Assembly (NCBI GenBank): GCA_963815095.1
Contig: CAWFFH010000006.1
Location: 32,001 to 96,000 of the forward strand
Source: Candidatus Bathyarchaeota archaeon
GTDB taxonomy: Archaea > Thermoproteota > Bathyarchaeia > Bathyarchaeales > Bathycorpusculaceae
Direction: 5' to 3'
Length of the DNA stretch: 64,000 nucleotides
Part shown: positions 20,112 through 29,960 of the stretch, one piece after another
Layout: each line of letters starts with the position of its first letter
How positions within the stretch are numbered: position 1 is the first letter of the stretch
Translations under genes and position numbers: made by a program
Notes under the pieces: model-generated
Told to the model about the DNA's origin: nothing
Databases searched by the model: none
Seen by the model: the letters and a program-made list of their open reading frames with translations, nothing else

Positions 20112-20693
20112 ATGAAAGTTGTTGCCATAAACGGAAGCGCAAGAAAAGATGGAAACACGGCCATTTTGATTCGGCGCGTTTTTCAGGTTCTTGAGAGCGA
20201 AGGAATAGAAACTGAACTTATCCAGCTTGCTGGCGAGCAGATTCATGGCTGCATGGCGTGCGGAACATGCCGAAAAGTAAAGAATAAACAATGTAAAATC
20301 GTAAATGATAACGTTAATCTCTACATAGAGAAGATTGCTACCGCTGACGGGATAATTCTTGGTTCACCAACGTACTTTTCAATGATGACTTCAGAGATGA
20401 AGGCACTTATCGATCGAGCAGGATTTGTCGGCAGAGCCAATGATGATTTGTTTAAACACAAAGTCGGCGCAGCAGTAGTAGCTGTTCGAAGAGCAGGTGG
20501 CATCCCAACATTTGACGCCATCAACCACTTTTTCCTCATCAGCCAGATGATTGTTCCTGGCTCATCTTACTGGAACGTAGGTATAGGTTTAGCAAAAGGT
20601 GATGTCGAAAAAGATGAAGAAGGAATGAAAACAATGGAAGATTTGGGGAAAAATATGGCTTGGCTCTTAAAACAGCTCAAGCCATCTTCTTAA
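20112..20693 (+). CDS. Iron-sulfur flavoprotein (Isf/flavodoxin-like)
   Basis: [16 protein letters not shown]...C, GSPTYF and VAVRRAG motifs. Confidence 0.9.
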   Translation: MKVVAINGSARKDGNTAILIRRVFQVLESEGIETELIQLAGEQIHGCMACGTCRKVKNKQCKIVNDNVNLYIEKIATADGIILGSPTYFSMMTSEMKALIDRAGFVGRANDDLFKHKVGAAVVAVRRAGGIPTFDAINHFFLISQMIVPGSSYWNVGIGLAKGDVEKDEEGMKTMEDLGKNMAWLLKQLKPSS

Positions 20694-20695
20694 GT

Positions 20696-22312
20696 TTATT
20701 TCATTATTGCTTTGAGGTCTTCGTCTGGTGTTGTTATTGGCATTATGTTGAATTTGTCGACGAGCACTTTGAGTATGTTTGGCGTAATGAATGCTGGTAG
20801 GCTTGGTCCAAGGCGGATGTCTTTTATTCCTAAAGATAGCAGCGAGAGCAATATAGCAACGGCTTTTTGTTCGTACCAAGAGAGCACCAATGAGAGCGGC
20901 AGATCGTTGACCTCTACGCGGAAGGCATCTGCGAGTGCAAGGGCTATTTTTACTGCTGAGTACGCGTCGTTGCATTGTCCGATGTCGAGTAGGCGTGGGA
21001 TGTCGTCAATAGTTCCGAGTTCTTTGTCGAAGAAGCGGAATTTTCCACATGCCAGTGTCAGAATGATCGTGTTAGTGGGTGCTTTCTCCACGAATTCGGT
21101 GTAGTAGCTGCGTCCGGGTTTTGCGCCGTCGCATCCTCCGACGAGTAAGAAGCGTTTAATGTGTCCACTTTTGACGGATTCGATGACTTTTCCTGCTACG
21201 CTTAGAACTGCGTTTCTGCCAAAACCGACTAAGACACTTTTGCCTTCAACGTCATCTGGGAACCCTGGCATTGAGAGAGCTTTTTGTATTACTGGTGAAA
21301 AGTCTTTGCCTGTTATGTGAGATACGCCTGGGAAACCGACGGGTCCAGCGGTGAAGATGTTGCTCTTGTAGCTCTCGATGGGGCGTTGGATGCAGTTTGT
21401 TGTCATTAAGATTGCGCCTGGGAATTGTGCGAATTCTTTTTGTTGGTTTTGCCAGGCGGTTCCGTAGTGGCCATAGAAGTTTGGGTATGCTTTGAGTTTT
21501 GGGTATCCGTGTGTGGGGAGCATTTCGCCATGTGTATAGACGGTTATGCCTGTGCCTTGAGTTTGCTTTAGGATGTTTTCTAAATCGATTAGGTCATGTC
21601 CTGAAACAAGGATAGCTTTGCCTTTTTTGTGTCCCAAAGGTACCTTAGTTGGAACTGGGTGACCATAAGTTTCGGTATTGCCTGCGTCAAGAAGTTCCAT
21701 GGCTCGTATGTTGATTTCGCCGCATTTTAAAACTAGACCCACAAAATCATTTACGCCTAGGGATTTGTTGAATGGAGCCACTAAGCCTTCATGGATGAAA
21801 TCAAAGACTTTTTGGTCTTTTTTGCCTAAAAGATAAGAGTGGTATGAGTAGGCAGCTACTCCTTTCAACCCGTAGGTAAGCAGCCACTGGAGTGAATGCA
21901 AGTCGGGGTCTATTGTAGAGTCAGAATTTATGCCATACTTTTTGCCCTGAGCAATTAAACCTTCCGTAGTTTTTTCTAACGGTAAATAGGTAGCTTGGAT
22001 TTGTAACTCCTTATGCAACTTTTCGTGCAATTCAGCGGTTTTTCTGATGTAAGCAACAATTGCTTCTGGATCAAAATTCACATTTGTCAACGTAACAAAC
22101 AAAGCTTCAGCGGTAAAGACACTGGTTTGCTCATCTTTCACTCCAAATTTACCAGCTTGTATTACGAGTTGGCTTAGTTCCCGAAGTTTGTAAACTAAAA
22201 GGTCCTGGAGGTTTGCGACGTCCGATGTTTTTCCGCAAACACCTGCAATTGTGCAACCCTGCCCTTTAGCTGTTTGTTCACATTGGTAACAGAACATTTG
22301 GTTTTGACTCAT
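20696..22312 (-). CDS. hcp: Hybrid cluster protein (hydroxylamine/NO reductase)
   Basis: MFCYQCEQTAKGQGCTIAGVCGK, SGHDL, YTHGEMLP, GGCDG, DIGQCND and SWYEQKAV. Confidence 0.97.
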   Translation of the reverse strand: MSQNQMFCYQCEQTAKGQGCTIAGVCGKTSDVANLQDLLVYKLRELSQLVIQAGKFGVKDEQTSVFTAEALFVTLTNVNFDPEAIVAYIRKTAELHEKLHKELQIQATYLPLEKTTEGLIAQGKKYGINSDSTIDPDLHSLQWLLTYGLKGVAAYSYHSYLLGKKDQKVFDFIHEGLVAPFNKSLGVNDFVGLVLKCGEINIRAMELLDAGNTETYGHPVPTKVPLGHKKGKAILVSGHDLIDLENILKQTQGTGITVYTHGEMLPTHGYPKLKAYPNFYGHYGTAWQNQQKEFAQFPGAILMTTNCIQRPIESYKSNIFTAGPVGFPGVSHITGKDFSPVIQKALSMPGFPDDVEGKSVLVGFGRNAVLSVAGKVIESVKSGHIKRFLLVGGCDGAKPGRSYYTEFVEKAPTNTIILTLACGKFRFFDKELGTIDDIPRLLDIGQCNDAYSAVKIALALADAFRVEVNDLPLSLVLSWYEQKAVAILLSLLSLGIKDIRLGPSLPAFITPNILKVLVDKFNIMPITTPDEDLKAIMK

Positions 22313-22360
22313 AAAATATCACTATAAACATCTAGTGTGGGTTATCATAAATAGGTATTG

Positions 22361-22378
22361 TCCCTAACATGTAAGGGA
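22361..22378. promoter_or_regulatory. Palindrome upstream of the hcp promoter
   Basis: TCCCTAACATGTAAGGGA (16/18 self-complementary) just upstream of the minus-strand TTTATGA TATA-like box. Confidence 0.5.
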
Positions 22379-22412
22379 TGAAAAAACTTGAGGAAAATTA
22401 CAACTGAAGTCG

Positions 22413-23873
22413 CTAACTCTTCAAGGTGGCAAAGAACCCTCTAAAGACATCTTTAATTGATTGAACCAACGGACTCTTAATTTTCTCATCCCCAAGATTC
22501 TCCAAACGGTCCACTCTGAAATAAATTGGCGGATGCGAATCCAAACCAACCCACTCTTGCAGACGGAAGCTCGGTGCCCGCTCGAAGAGGAGCCTGTGGA
22601 ATCCAATTTTCTCCAGTGACCTTGCCATGACTTTTGGTTGTCCCATCATTATAGCCGACGTTAAGTCCGCGCGAGCTTCAAAGAATTTCGCTATGAAGAA
22701 TATGAGGGTCATAACTGCGAAGAAGTAGACAAAGAACAACAGTGAAGTGAATATTAGTGGAAACAGAGTAAGTAGCACGTAGAATCGGAACAGGAATTCT
22801 GCACTTAGTAGCCCAAACAGTATTAAGGGGTCTCTTCCTTTGAGGTGCCCAAATTCGTGTCCCAAAACGCTAACTACTTCAGGTTCTTCCAATTGAACAA
22901 GCAATCCGGTAGTTATCAAAACTATTCCTCTGCTTGGACTAGGACCGGAAGCTGCAGCGTTGGGAACCATTGTGTTGGAAATCACTATTTTAGGCACTTT
23001 GTACCCGAAACGGTCAGCTACTTTCTTTACTGTTTCGTAGACGTTGATTTTTTTGGTTGACAAACTACCCATTCTACAAGATACGCTGTATTTGGCGAAG
23101 ATTTTTTCTGCTTCTTGGCAGTCTATTGTGCCATGTTTAGCTATTATTTCTTCGTAGACTTCTTTCTTTAAGGCAACCAGTTGCTCGGGAGGGATTTGTT
23201 TGTAGTCGTCAAGGGTGCCCAGCGAACCAATTGGAGGCTGATATTCTAGAAATGTTATTGTGGGATTGTCTTTGGTGATAGTCCAGTCGCTTGATCGGGC
23301 TATTATCTTGTTTGAGTAGAAAACAAACACGGATTGTGAAGCAATCAAAATTATTGGGACCGTCCAGAAGTAAGATGGATAAAAGGTTAAGACGACAACG
23401 AATAACCCCAATCCAAGCCCAATAAACACGAAGGTTAGCAGAACTTGGGTTTCCAGAAAAAGGCGGTTGAAGCTTTTTTCGTGGAGAGTCACTTTTTCAG
23501 GTACGATTTCTTCGCCTTCTCGCCATGCAAAGTACCATGTTACTTTGCGGGCTTTTTCTTCAAACAATTCCGTGGCAATTAGTACATCTTGTCTTGCTTC
23601 TTTGATGTTTCCGTCTGAGATATTCGATTCTAAGGGTGTTATAGTTGCGTTTACGGTATCTGTGCCCGTTATTTCAACTTTGATTATTTGCCTTCCTTGT
23701 GCGTCAATGACAACGTATGAGATTTTGTTGCTTGTCGGAGTTGTTTCTCTGGATAAGTTTGCGAATCGCTGTTTTTGGGGAACAAGGTATTGTGTATAAA
23801 TGAAGTCAAATAGCTTCTCAAAGTACATTGATGGGACTTCAGTTTCTATTGTGTAAGTAAAGGGTGAAGACAC
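22413..23873 (-). CDS. M48 family membrane metalloprotease (HtpX-like) with long N-terminal extension
   Basis: PNAAASG, ITTGLL, LGHEFGH zinc motif, FEARAD and SHPP. Confidence 0.88.
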   Translation of the reverse strand: MSSPFTYTIETEVPSMYFEKLFDFIYTQYLVPQKQRFANLSRETTPTSNKISYVVIDAQGRQIIKVEITGTDTVNATITPLESNISDGNIKEARQDVLIATELFEEKARKVTWYFAWREGEEIVPEKVTLHEKSFNRLFLETQVLLTFVFIGLGLGLFVVVLTFYPSYFWTVPIILIASQSVFVFYSNKIIARSSDWTITKDNPTITFLEYQPPIGSLGTLDDYKQIPPEQLVALKKEVYEEIIAKHGTIDCQEAEKIFAKYSVSCRMGSLSTKKINVYETVKKVADRFGYKVPKIVISNTMVPNAAASGPSPSRGIVLITTGLLVQLEEPEVVSVLGHEFGHLKGRDPLILFGLLSAEFLFRFYVLLTLFPLIFTSLLFFVYFFAVMTLIFFIAKFFEARADLTSAIMMGQPKVMARSLEKIGFHRLLFERAPSFRLQEWVGLDSHPPIYFRVDRLENLGDEKIKSPLVQSIKDVFRGFFATLKS

Positions 23874-24150
23874 CTTTGGACCTCAAAACAAATTATTCTG
23901 TATTTCTGTTGGTTTTGCTTAGTTATAACTTTATTGTTAAACAAGTTTGCTTTGAGGTTTGGCTAAGGGGAATGTGTTTATTAATCTCGAAAAGTATTGT
24001 TAGAATTGCCCAAAGCTAAGGGCAGAGACGTCTTTGTTGAAATCAAACCCCTATCAATTTGGTTTGAAATCTCAAAGAATTTAACGGCTTATATTGACCT
24101 TCAAAGGTTTAAGAAAGCCGACATTGTGAATTTAAGAGGGAATGTAAGAA

Positions 24151-24549
24151 GTGGCAGCACCAAAAAAAACTATATTAGTTGTTGACGACGATAAATCAAT
24201 ACTTCGAACCTTCACACGTATTCTTCAAAAAAGCGGTTACGAGATTGAAACAGCCGAAACCGGCAAAGAAGCCATTGAAAAAGCTGAAAATAACCACTAC
24301 GACCTCGCGTTGGTTGACATCCGGCTTCCAGACATGGATGGTACAGATTTACTCGCAAAACTCAAAAAGCAACTTCAACACACCGTTAAAATTATGATTA
24401 CTGGTTTTCCTTCCCTTGAAACAGGTGTTAAAGCGCTCGATGAAGGAGCAGATGCTTATTTGGTAAAGCCTGTGAAGCCTCAGGAACTTTTGGTTCTTTT
24501 GGAAGAGAAACTCAAGAATCGAGAAGAATCCGCTGAATTAAGCCATTAA
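24151..24549 (+). CDS. Single-domain response regulator (receiver only)
   Basis: ILVVDDD, LVDIRLPDMDG, ITG and YLVKPV motifs. Confidence 0.93.
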   Translation: MAAPKKTILVVDDDKSILRTFTRILQKSGYEIETAETGKEAIEKAENNHYDLALVDIRLPDMDGTDLLAKLKKQLQHTVKIMITGFPSLETGVKALDEGADAYLVKPVKPQELLVLLEEKLKNREESAELSH

Positions 24550-24632
24550 TCTTAGAAAGTGGCATTTGGATTCTATTTAATCAACTATTTTACAAAAAGC
24601 TAGTGAAAGTATTTTTTACTCTAAAAAAACCG

Positions 24633-25259
24633 TTAGAGTTCCTTTTTGAAGTAATGCTCCAGCAACCTGCGAGTTCCCCGCCGCATTATTTCTGAGAGTG
24701 TCGCCGCGCTAATTCCTAATTTAGCTGCCAGTTCTGCCATTCCAATTTGCCGGGGGTAATCAAAAAAACCGCTCTTAAGTGCGAGCCAAAAAATTCTCTC
24801 TTGGTTTTCAGTTAAAACTCCAATTTGCTGCTCAAACTTGCCAACTTTGCGGACGTTAACAGGGTGTCCCGCCTTTTCGAGGTCGCCTATAATACCCTTG
24901 TAGGCTTCAAAGGTTGGAACCATAAAACTGTAGGTTATGATACTGTTTTGCATGCTTTTGCCCGACACCAAAAAAGCGTCATGTGCAAGAATTGTGTTGC
25001 ATACTTCGCAGCCTTCGCTCTCCAGCCAAACCGCCGATTTTCCCTCAACATGACCTTTAGCAGCTAGTTCTTTAGGAACTTTCTGGGCTTGGTCCTCACC
25101 GACATCCATTAAGTGCCGAACGGAACCACTGGAGGAACTTCGAACATCGACTACTTTGAGATGTTTAAATCCTAGTGATGCAAGTTTCCCAACCATTTTG
25201 CATTGCTTATTCTCAATTTCAATTACTACATGATAAGGTTCACGCCAAGTATCGACCAA
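24633..25259 (-). CDS. HTH-10 (bacterio-opsin activator-type) transcription regulator
   Basis: C-terminal LTENQERIFWLALKSGFFDYPRQIGMAELAAKLGISAATLSEIMRR. Confidence 0.88.
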   Translation of the reverse strand: MVDTWREPYHVVIEIENKQCKMVGKLASLGFKHLKVVDVRSSSSGSVRHLMDVGEDQAQKVPKELAAKGHVEGKSAVWLESEGCEVCNTILAHDAFLVSGKSMQNSIITYSFMVPTFEAYKGIIGDLEKAGHPVNVRKVGKFEQQIGVLTENQERIFWLALKSGFFDYPRQIGMAELAAKLGISAATLSEIMRRGTRRLLEHYFKKEL

Positions 25260-25353
25260 ACCAATCAGCCTGCACTTTTAAAGAAGAAACAAACTGTTAA
25301 ACTTAGTTGAACTGAACCAAAAAAGTAAAAAAGAAAAAATTGGGTGGGTGAGC

Positions 25354-26634
25354 CTAATCCAGTTGGTAGGCTTCTTCACCGTGCTCGCTGAGATCTAAAC
25401 CTGCATCCTCTGCTTCTGGACTCACCCTAAGAGGCGAGAACAGATTGACTGCTTTAAGCAATAGCCAAGAGCCTATGAACGAGAACGGCACCACTACACC
25501 GACAGCCAAGAGTTGAGCGAGGAATTGGTGAACGTTTCCGTATATTAGACCCGTTGCGCCGATGGACGCGAATATGCCTGTTCCTATTGCACCCCAAATG
25601 CCGCCGACACCGTGACAGGCGAAGACATCCAGTGTATCGTCGATTCGAGATCTGCCTGATCTCCAGCTTGAAATGAGGTTAGAGAGTACACCACCGATTA
25701 GACCCATTATTATAGCTGCGGTGGGACCCACGAAACCCGAGGCTGGTGTGATTACGACTAAACCTACAACTGCACCGATTGCCATGCCAGTTGCGGAGGG
25801 TTTGCCTTTAAGGAGCCAATCCATAAGCATCCAACTTACTGCGGCAGCTGCTGCGGCTAAGTTTGTCACGACTAGTGCTGAGACTGCGAGGTCGTTTGCT
25901 GCTAGTGCGCTGCCTGCGTTGAATCCGAACCAACCAAACCACAGTAATGCTGCGCCTAACAGTACATAGGGGATGTTGGTGGGTTTGAATTGTGTTGCTA
26001 CGCTCTTTTGGTCAAGTTCCTGCATGTGAGCTTTCCATGGAACTGCACACCCTTTTCTTCGACCAATGACCAACGCGGCTGCAAGTGCTGAGACTCCTGC
26101 AGATATGTGGACAACGAGTCCTCCTGCAAAATCAATTGAGCCCACGCCTTTAAGCCACCCGTCTGGGTTCCAAACCCAGTGAGCGATCGGCACATAGATG
26201 AGGGTTGACCAGAGAACTATGAATATTAGCAGTGATCTGAAGCGGACTCTTTCTGCGCAGGCACCTATGATGAGTGCGGGGGTGATTGCTGCGAATTTTA
26301 GCTGGAATGCGAAGACGAGTAACGTTGGTATTGTTGCGGCTAAGGCGGGGTTTATGTCATGTATACCTACGCCGTTTAATCCTGCGAGGGACAAGTTGCC
26401 TATTATGCCATGATAACTGGGTCCGAAGGCCATGCTATATCCCCATATTGCCCATGTGAGGCTGATAACGGCGAATATTATGAAGCATTGGGCGATTGTG
26501 GATACTAGGTTTTTTCTACGCACCAAACCGCCGTAAAAGAATCCTAGGGCAGGGGTCATTAGCATTACTAGGGCCGTTGAGGTTAAGACCCAAGCTATAT
26601 CTCCAGAGTTTGAAGTCAAAGTAGTTACACTCAT
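25354..26634 (-). CDS. amt: Ammonium transporter (paralog 2)
   Basis: Same Amt signature motifs as paralog 1, to which it is highly similar. Confidence 0.96.
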   Translation of the reverse strand: MSVTTLTSNSGDIAWVLTSTALVMLMTPALGFFYGGLVRRKNLVSTIAQCFIIFAVISLTWAIWGYSMAFGPSYHGIIGNLSLAGLNGVGIHDINPALAATIPTLLVFAFQLKFAAITPALIIGACAERVRFRSLLIFIVLWSTLIYVPIAHWVWNPDGWLKGVGSIDFAGGLVVHISAGVSALAAALVIGRRKGCAVPWKAHMQELDQKSVATQFKPTNIPYVLLGAALLWFGWFGFNAGSALAANDLAVSALVVTNLAAAAAAVSWMLMDWLLKGKPSATGMAIGAVVGLVVITPASGFVGPTAAIIMGLIGGVLSNLISSWRSGRSRIDDTLDVFACHGVGGIWGAIGTGIFASIGATGLIYGNVHQFLAQLLAVGVVVPFSFIGSWLLLKAVNLFSPLRVSPEAEDAGLDLSEHGEEAYQLD

Positions 26635-26991
26635 TTCATTACACCATTCAACATATGTTTAGTTATTTGTTTAATGACTGTGCAAATATCAGTCACAAAT
26701 ATATAAAACTATCCGTTTGAAATGAAACAATCCATTTTAGTGAACTAACGTTTTTAAAACCCTTCATAAAACAGTTATTCATTCATTTTCAAATAGTCAA
26801 TTAAACATAAAAATAAGAAAAAATCCAAAATATTCCCAAAAATGAATCAAAACAGTTAAAACATTAACCTGTTAGATAAGCGTCCAAACAAAGAAAGCAG
26901 GTCCAAAACCCCAACTACCCATAAAAGTCCCTTTAGCACAAAAAACTTATAACACTATAATTGCTTCTTTGCCGTAAAAGGCGCAGAAATT

Positions 26992-27897
26992 ATGAAGTTT
27001 GGTTCATTCACGTTTCAACCACAAAAACCCAATGGTTTCGACTTCCATGTTTTTCGTGTCAAACCTGAAACAGGCGTAAGGCTTCCACCAAGGCAAGATA
27101 TGTACAGCAACATAGCTGTCTTCGCAGACACCTTAACAGTTCAAAACCATCCTGACTGGGTTTCACAATCTCCTCTGGGTCCAGCCAAATTTGGAAACAA
27201 CAACTTCAACATTTACTGGAGTGTAGTATGCGCGACCCACCCGGAGTACCGCGAAGAACAACTCAAATACATCGCCGAAGTGGACAGACAATCGCCCGGG
27301 GTTTGGTTAAACAGCCAATATTTTGCTGACCATGAACACTGCACCTGTCCGCGTTGCATAGAACTATGGCAAAAGAGCGGTTTGAGCTGGTTTGCATGGC
27401 GAAGAAAAGAAGTCACCGATTACATTGCCCAAATCCGAGATGTTGTCAAAAAAGAACTTGTCTTAAGTATCCAACCTGACCCCATAACCTCTTGCGAACG
27501 CTACGGTGTAGATTTTGATGATTTAGCTAAGTACGCTGATGATTTCAATGTTGTAATGTTTAGCAAAAACTATGCTACACCATGGTATTGGGAAATGCTC
27601 GCACGCGGCTTCAAAAAATTGTTGAAAAAACCATTCTACATTAGTTTGTATGTTTTTGGCCCAGGCGACAACCCCAAGGACGCGCCATTACCCGAAGAGT
27701 TGCTTACTGTCACAACTCGCTGTGCAAGAGCAGGCGCAGATGGGTTCCTTTACTTAACTGATGGTGCCAGCCAAATGTTGGATTTCCAGAAAGCTGTCGT
27801 TGGGCAGGTTGAGCTTATAAAAAAGCTTAGAACTTATGGTGGGCAACCTGTGCAGGATTTTCTGGATAGGGTTGAAAGCTGGCAAAAAATCCTATAG
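26992..27897 (+). CDS. Hypothetical protein, possibly glycoside hydrolase-like TIM barrel with CxCxxC
   Basis: HPDWV, VCATHPEYRE, HCTCPRC and WRRKEVTDYI resemble GH-like (GHL) families. Confidence 0.55.
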   Translation: MKFGSFTFQPQKPNGFDFHVFRVKPETGVRLPPRQDMYSNIAVFADTLTVQNHPDWVSQSPLGPAKFGNNNFNIYWSVVCATHPEYREEQLKYIAEVDRQSPGVWLNSQYFADHEHCTCPRCIELWQKSGLSWFAWRRKEVTDYIAQIRDVVKKELVLSIQPDPITSCERYGVDFDDLAKYADDFNVVMFSKNYATPWYWEMLARGFKKLLKKPFYISLYVFGPGDNPKDAPLPEELLTVTTRCARAGADGFLYLTDGASQMLDFQKAVVGQVELIKKLRTYGGQPVQDFLDRVESWQKIL

Positions 27898-28004
27898 TCT
27901 TTTTTACTTAACGATTTTTTGAGCTTCACAAATATATTTCTTTGAGTTGCCGCTAGGTTTTTATCGAGTCAACCTCAGACTATAATTAAGCTGGGACTGC
28001 TTGT

Positions 28005-28616
28005 TTGGATTTCATTTCAGACTTAATTAAAGCCATCATCGCCCTATTCATAATTGTCGACCCGCTGGGTAGCATTCCTATTTTTATGAGTTTAACCGAA
28101 AACGTACCAGAAACCAAGAGAAAAAAGATTTTCAACACAGCCGTGATAGTCGGCACTGTTCTGCTTTTGGTTTTTGCGTTCACTGGACAGGAGATTCTCA
28201 ATATTTTTGGTTTATCAATTTACAGTTTCGAGGTTGCAGGAGGAATCTTGCTTTTAATCATCGCTATCAGAATATTAATTTCTGGAACACGTGAGAACCC
28301 TGAATCCCTAGAAACTGTTGGAGCGGTGCCGATTGCTATTCCACTTCTTGTAGGACCCGGAGCAATTACAACAACCATATTTACTCTTCAAGTTAATCAA
28401 CAGATTTATAATAGTGCTGTGATGGCAACTTTAATCGCGATTTTGGCAGTTGTTGTAGTAATGACGCTGACATGGGTTATTCTCAGATTCATAAACGGCA
28501 TTTACAAGTTCTTAGGCAAAACAGGTTCTTTGATTATAGCACGAGTTATGGCTCTGCTTATCGCCGCCATTGCTGTCCAGTATATCTTAACGGGAGTAAC
28601 ACATTTCGTGGTCTAA
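28005..28616 (+). CDS. MarC family membrane protein
   Basis: LFIIVDPLGSIPIF and AVPIAIPLLVGPGAITT motifs. Confidence 0.93.
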   Translation: MDFISDLIKAIIALFIIVDPLGSIPIFMSLTENVPETKRKKIFNTAVIVGTVLLLVFAFTGQEILNIFGLSIYSFEVAGGILLLIIAIRILISGTRENPESLETVGAVPIAIPLLVGPGAITTTIFTLQVNQQIYNSAVMATLIAILAVVVVMTLTWVILRFINGIYKFLGKTGSLIIARVMALLIAAIAVQYILTGVTHFVV

Positions 28617-28662
28617 GCACGTCAAACATTAAATAAAAGCATATCCAAATGTAAGTTCCAAC

Positions 28663-29166
28663 GTGAACAATATGCGGTCAGAATGCTACGGTTGCAAGAA
28701 ATCTTTTTCCGGTAAAGGCTTGATTGTGAGTATAAACTGTGAAGAACGGACTTATTGTGCTGATTGCTTATGGAAGCTTCAAAAGGAATATTCCCTGAAG
28801 AAATCCTGTGAAAACTGCGGTCACTTCGATGAGGAATCCTGCGAGAAACGTGGAAAAACGTTGGTGCCCGTAAAGGCTGGGTTTAACACGTATTTTACTC
28901 AAGCAGAAAAATGCGGAGATTACTCCACTGAACAAAAAGCGAGCTCAAAAAAGAAAAATGAACCAACTGAGCAGGAAAAAGAAGCAACTGTCCTTGTAAA
29001 GAAGCTCTCTGAGAAAGGTCAAACTCTTACTATCTACTGTTGTCACTGTGGTGCACCAATGAAAATCGGCGCAAAAGCGCCTGAAATCCAAAGCACCTGT
29101 CCTAGATGCAAAGGCGATCTCGAAATAGTGAACCTGACCAAATTCATCAAGCAACACCAATCTTAA
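28663..29166 (+). CDS. Cys-rich multi zinc-finger hypothetical protein
   Basis: Multiple CxxC pairs (CYGC, CADC, CENC, CCHC, CPRC). Confidence 0.7.
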   Translation: MNNMRSECYGCKKSFSGKGLIVSINCEERTYCADCLWKLQKEYSLKKSCENCGHFDEESCEKRGKTLVPVKAGFNTYFTQAEKCGDYSTEQKASSKKKNEPTEQEKEATVLVKKLSEKGQTLTIYCCHCGAPMKIGAKAPEIQSTCPRCKGDLEIVNLTKFIKQHQS

Positions 29167-29230
29167 ATTTTCCTGCCAAATCAACAGTTTTAGAAAATAG
29201 ATTAATAGTGTTTTGGCGCTTAGAAGCGCC

Positions 29231-29353
29231 TTAAGGGATTTTTGTGTGTTCCCTAACTTGCACCGTTTTCCTTTTAGCCCTTGTACTCATAAGGAAAGCA
29301 GTTACCAAGGTACATACACCGTAGACTTCAACCTCTGTAGTTTCAATATCCAT
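29231..29353 (-). CDS. 40-aa small protein MDIETTEVEVYGVCTLVTAFLMSTRAKRKTVQVREHTKIP, absent from ORF track
   Basis: GGTGAT RBS just upstream of the ATG and a TTTAAA TATA-like element further upstream. Confidence 0.4.
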   Translation of the reverse strand: MDIETTEVEVYGVCTLVTAFLMSTRAKRKTVQVREHTKIP

Positions 29354-29960
29354 TCTAATCACCGCTTGACTTTAGTAGTTCCGATGGTTTAAATTGGCAG
29401 TTATTCCATTCACTTTCTTTGCCACATATATTTCAGTTGCCAATGCACCTATCGCACTTGTGATAAGGCTTAAACCGACTACTATTAGGCTCAACATTTA
29501 ATATACACCTTTTAGTTACAACAGATAAACATTCAATCAAATATAAATATAGTTGTGATTTGTTCATAATTAGCAATAACTATTGAAATAATGGTGATTA
29601 AAAACGAATATTACTTAACACTCAAATATTATTCAGAGTGTACGCCCTTAACGATTATTTTTGAAGAAACAACAATTGATAATTGACAACAAAAGTCAGA
29701 TTACACTTTGTTTGAGACGTTTGATCTAAAAAACACCCAAATCTTCAATATCGAATAGAAGTTGTTGCTGCTGCGACTGCATTCTGCACAAAGGTTGCAA
29801 CAATAATTAATCAAACCATCTACAAACTAGTCAAATCAAAATATTCTAAATTTCACGGCGGCGACACATGATTTTTTAGGTTAACCCAAATAGAGAATTT
29901 ACAAGTAGGTGAACAACCCAGGATGAAATACTTATTTGCCTAGAAGCGGTAAACCTGATA

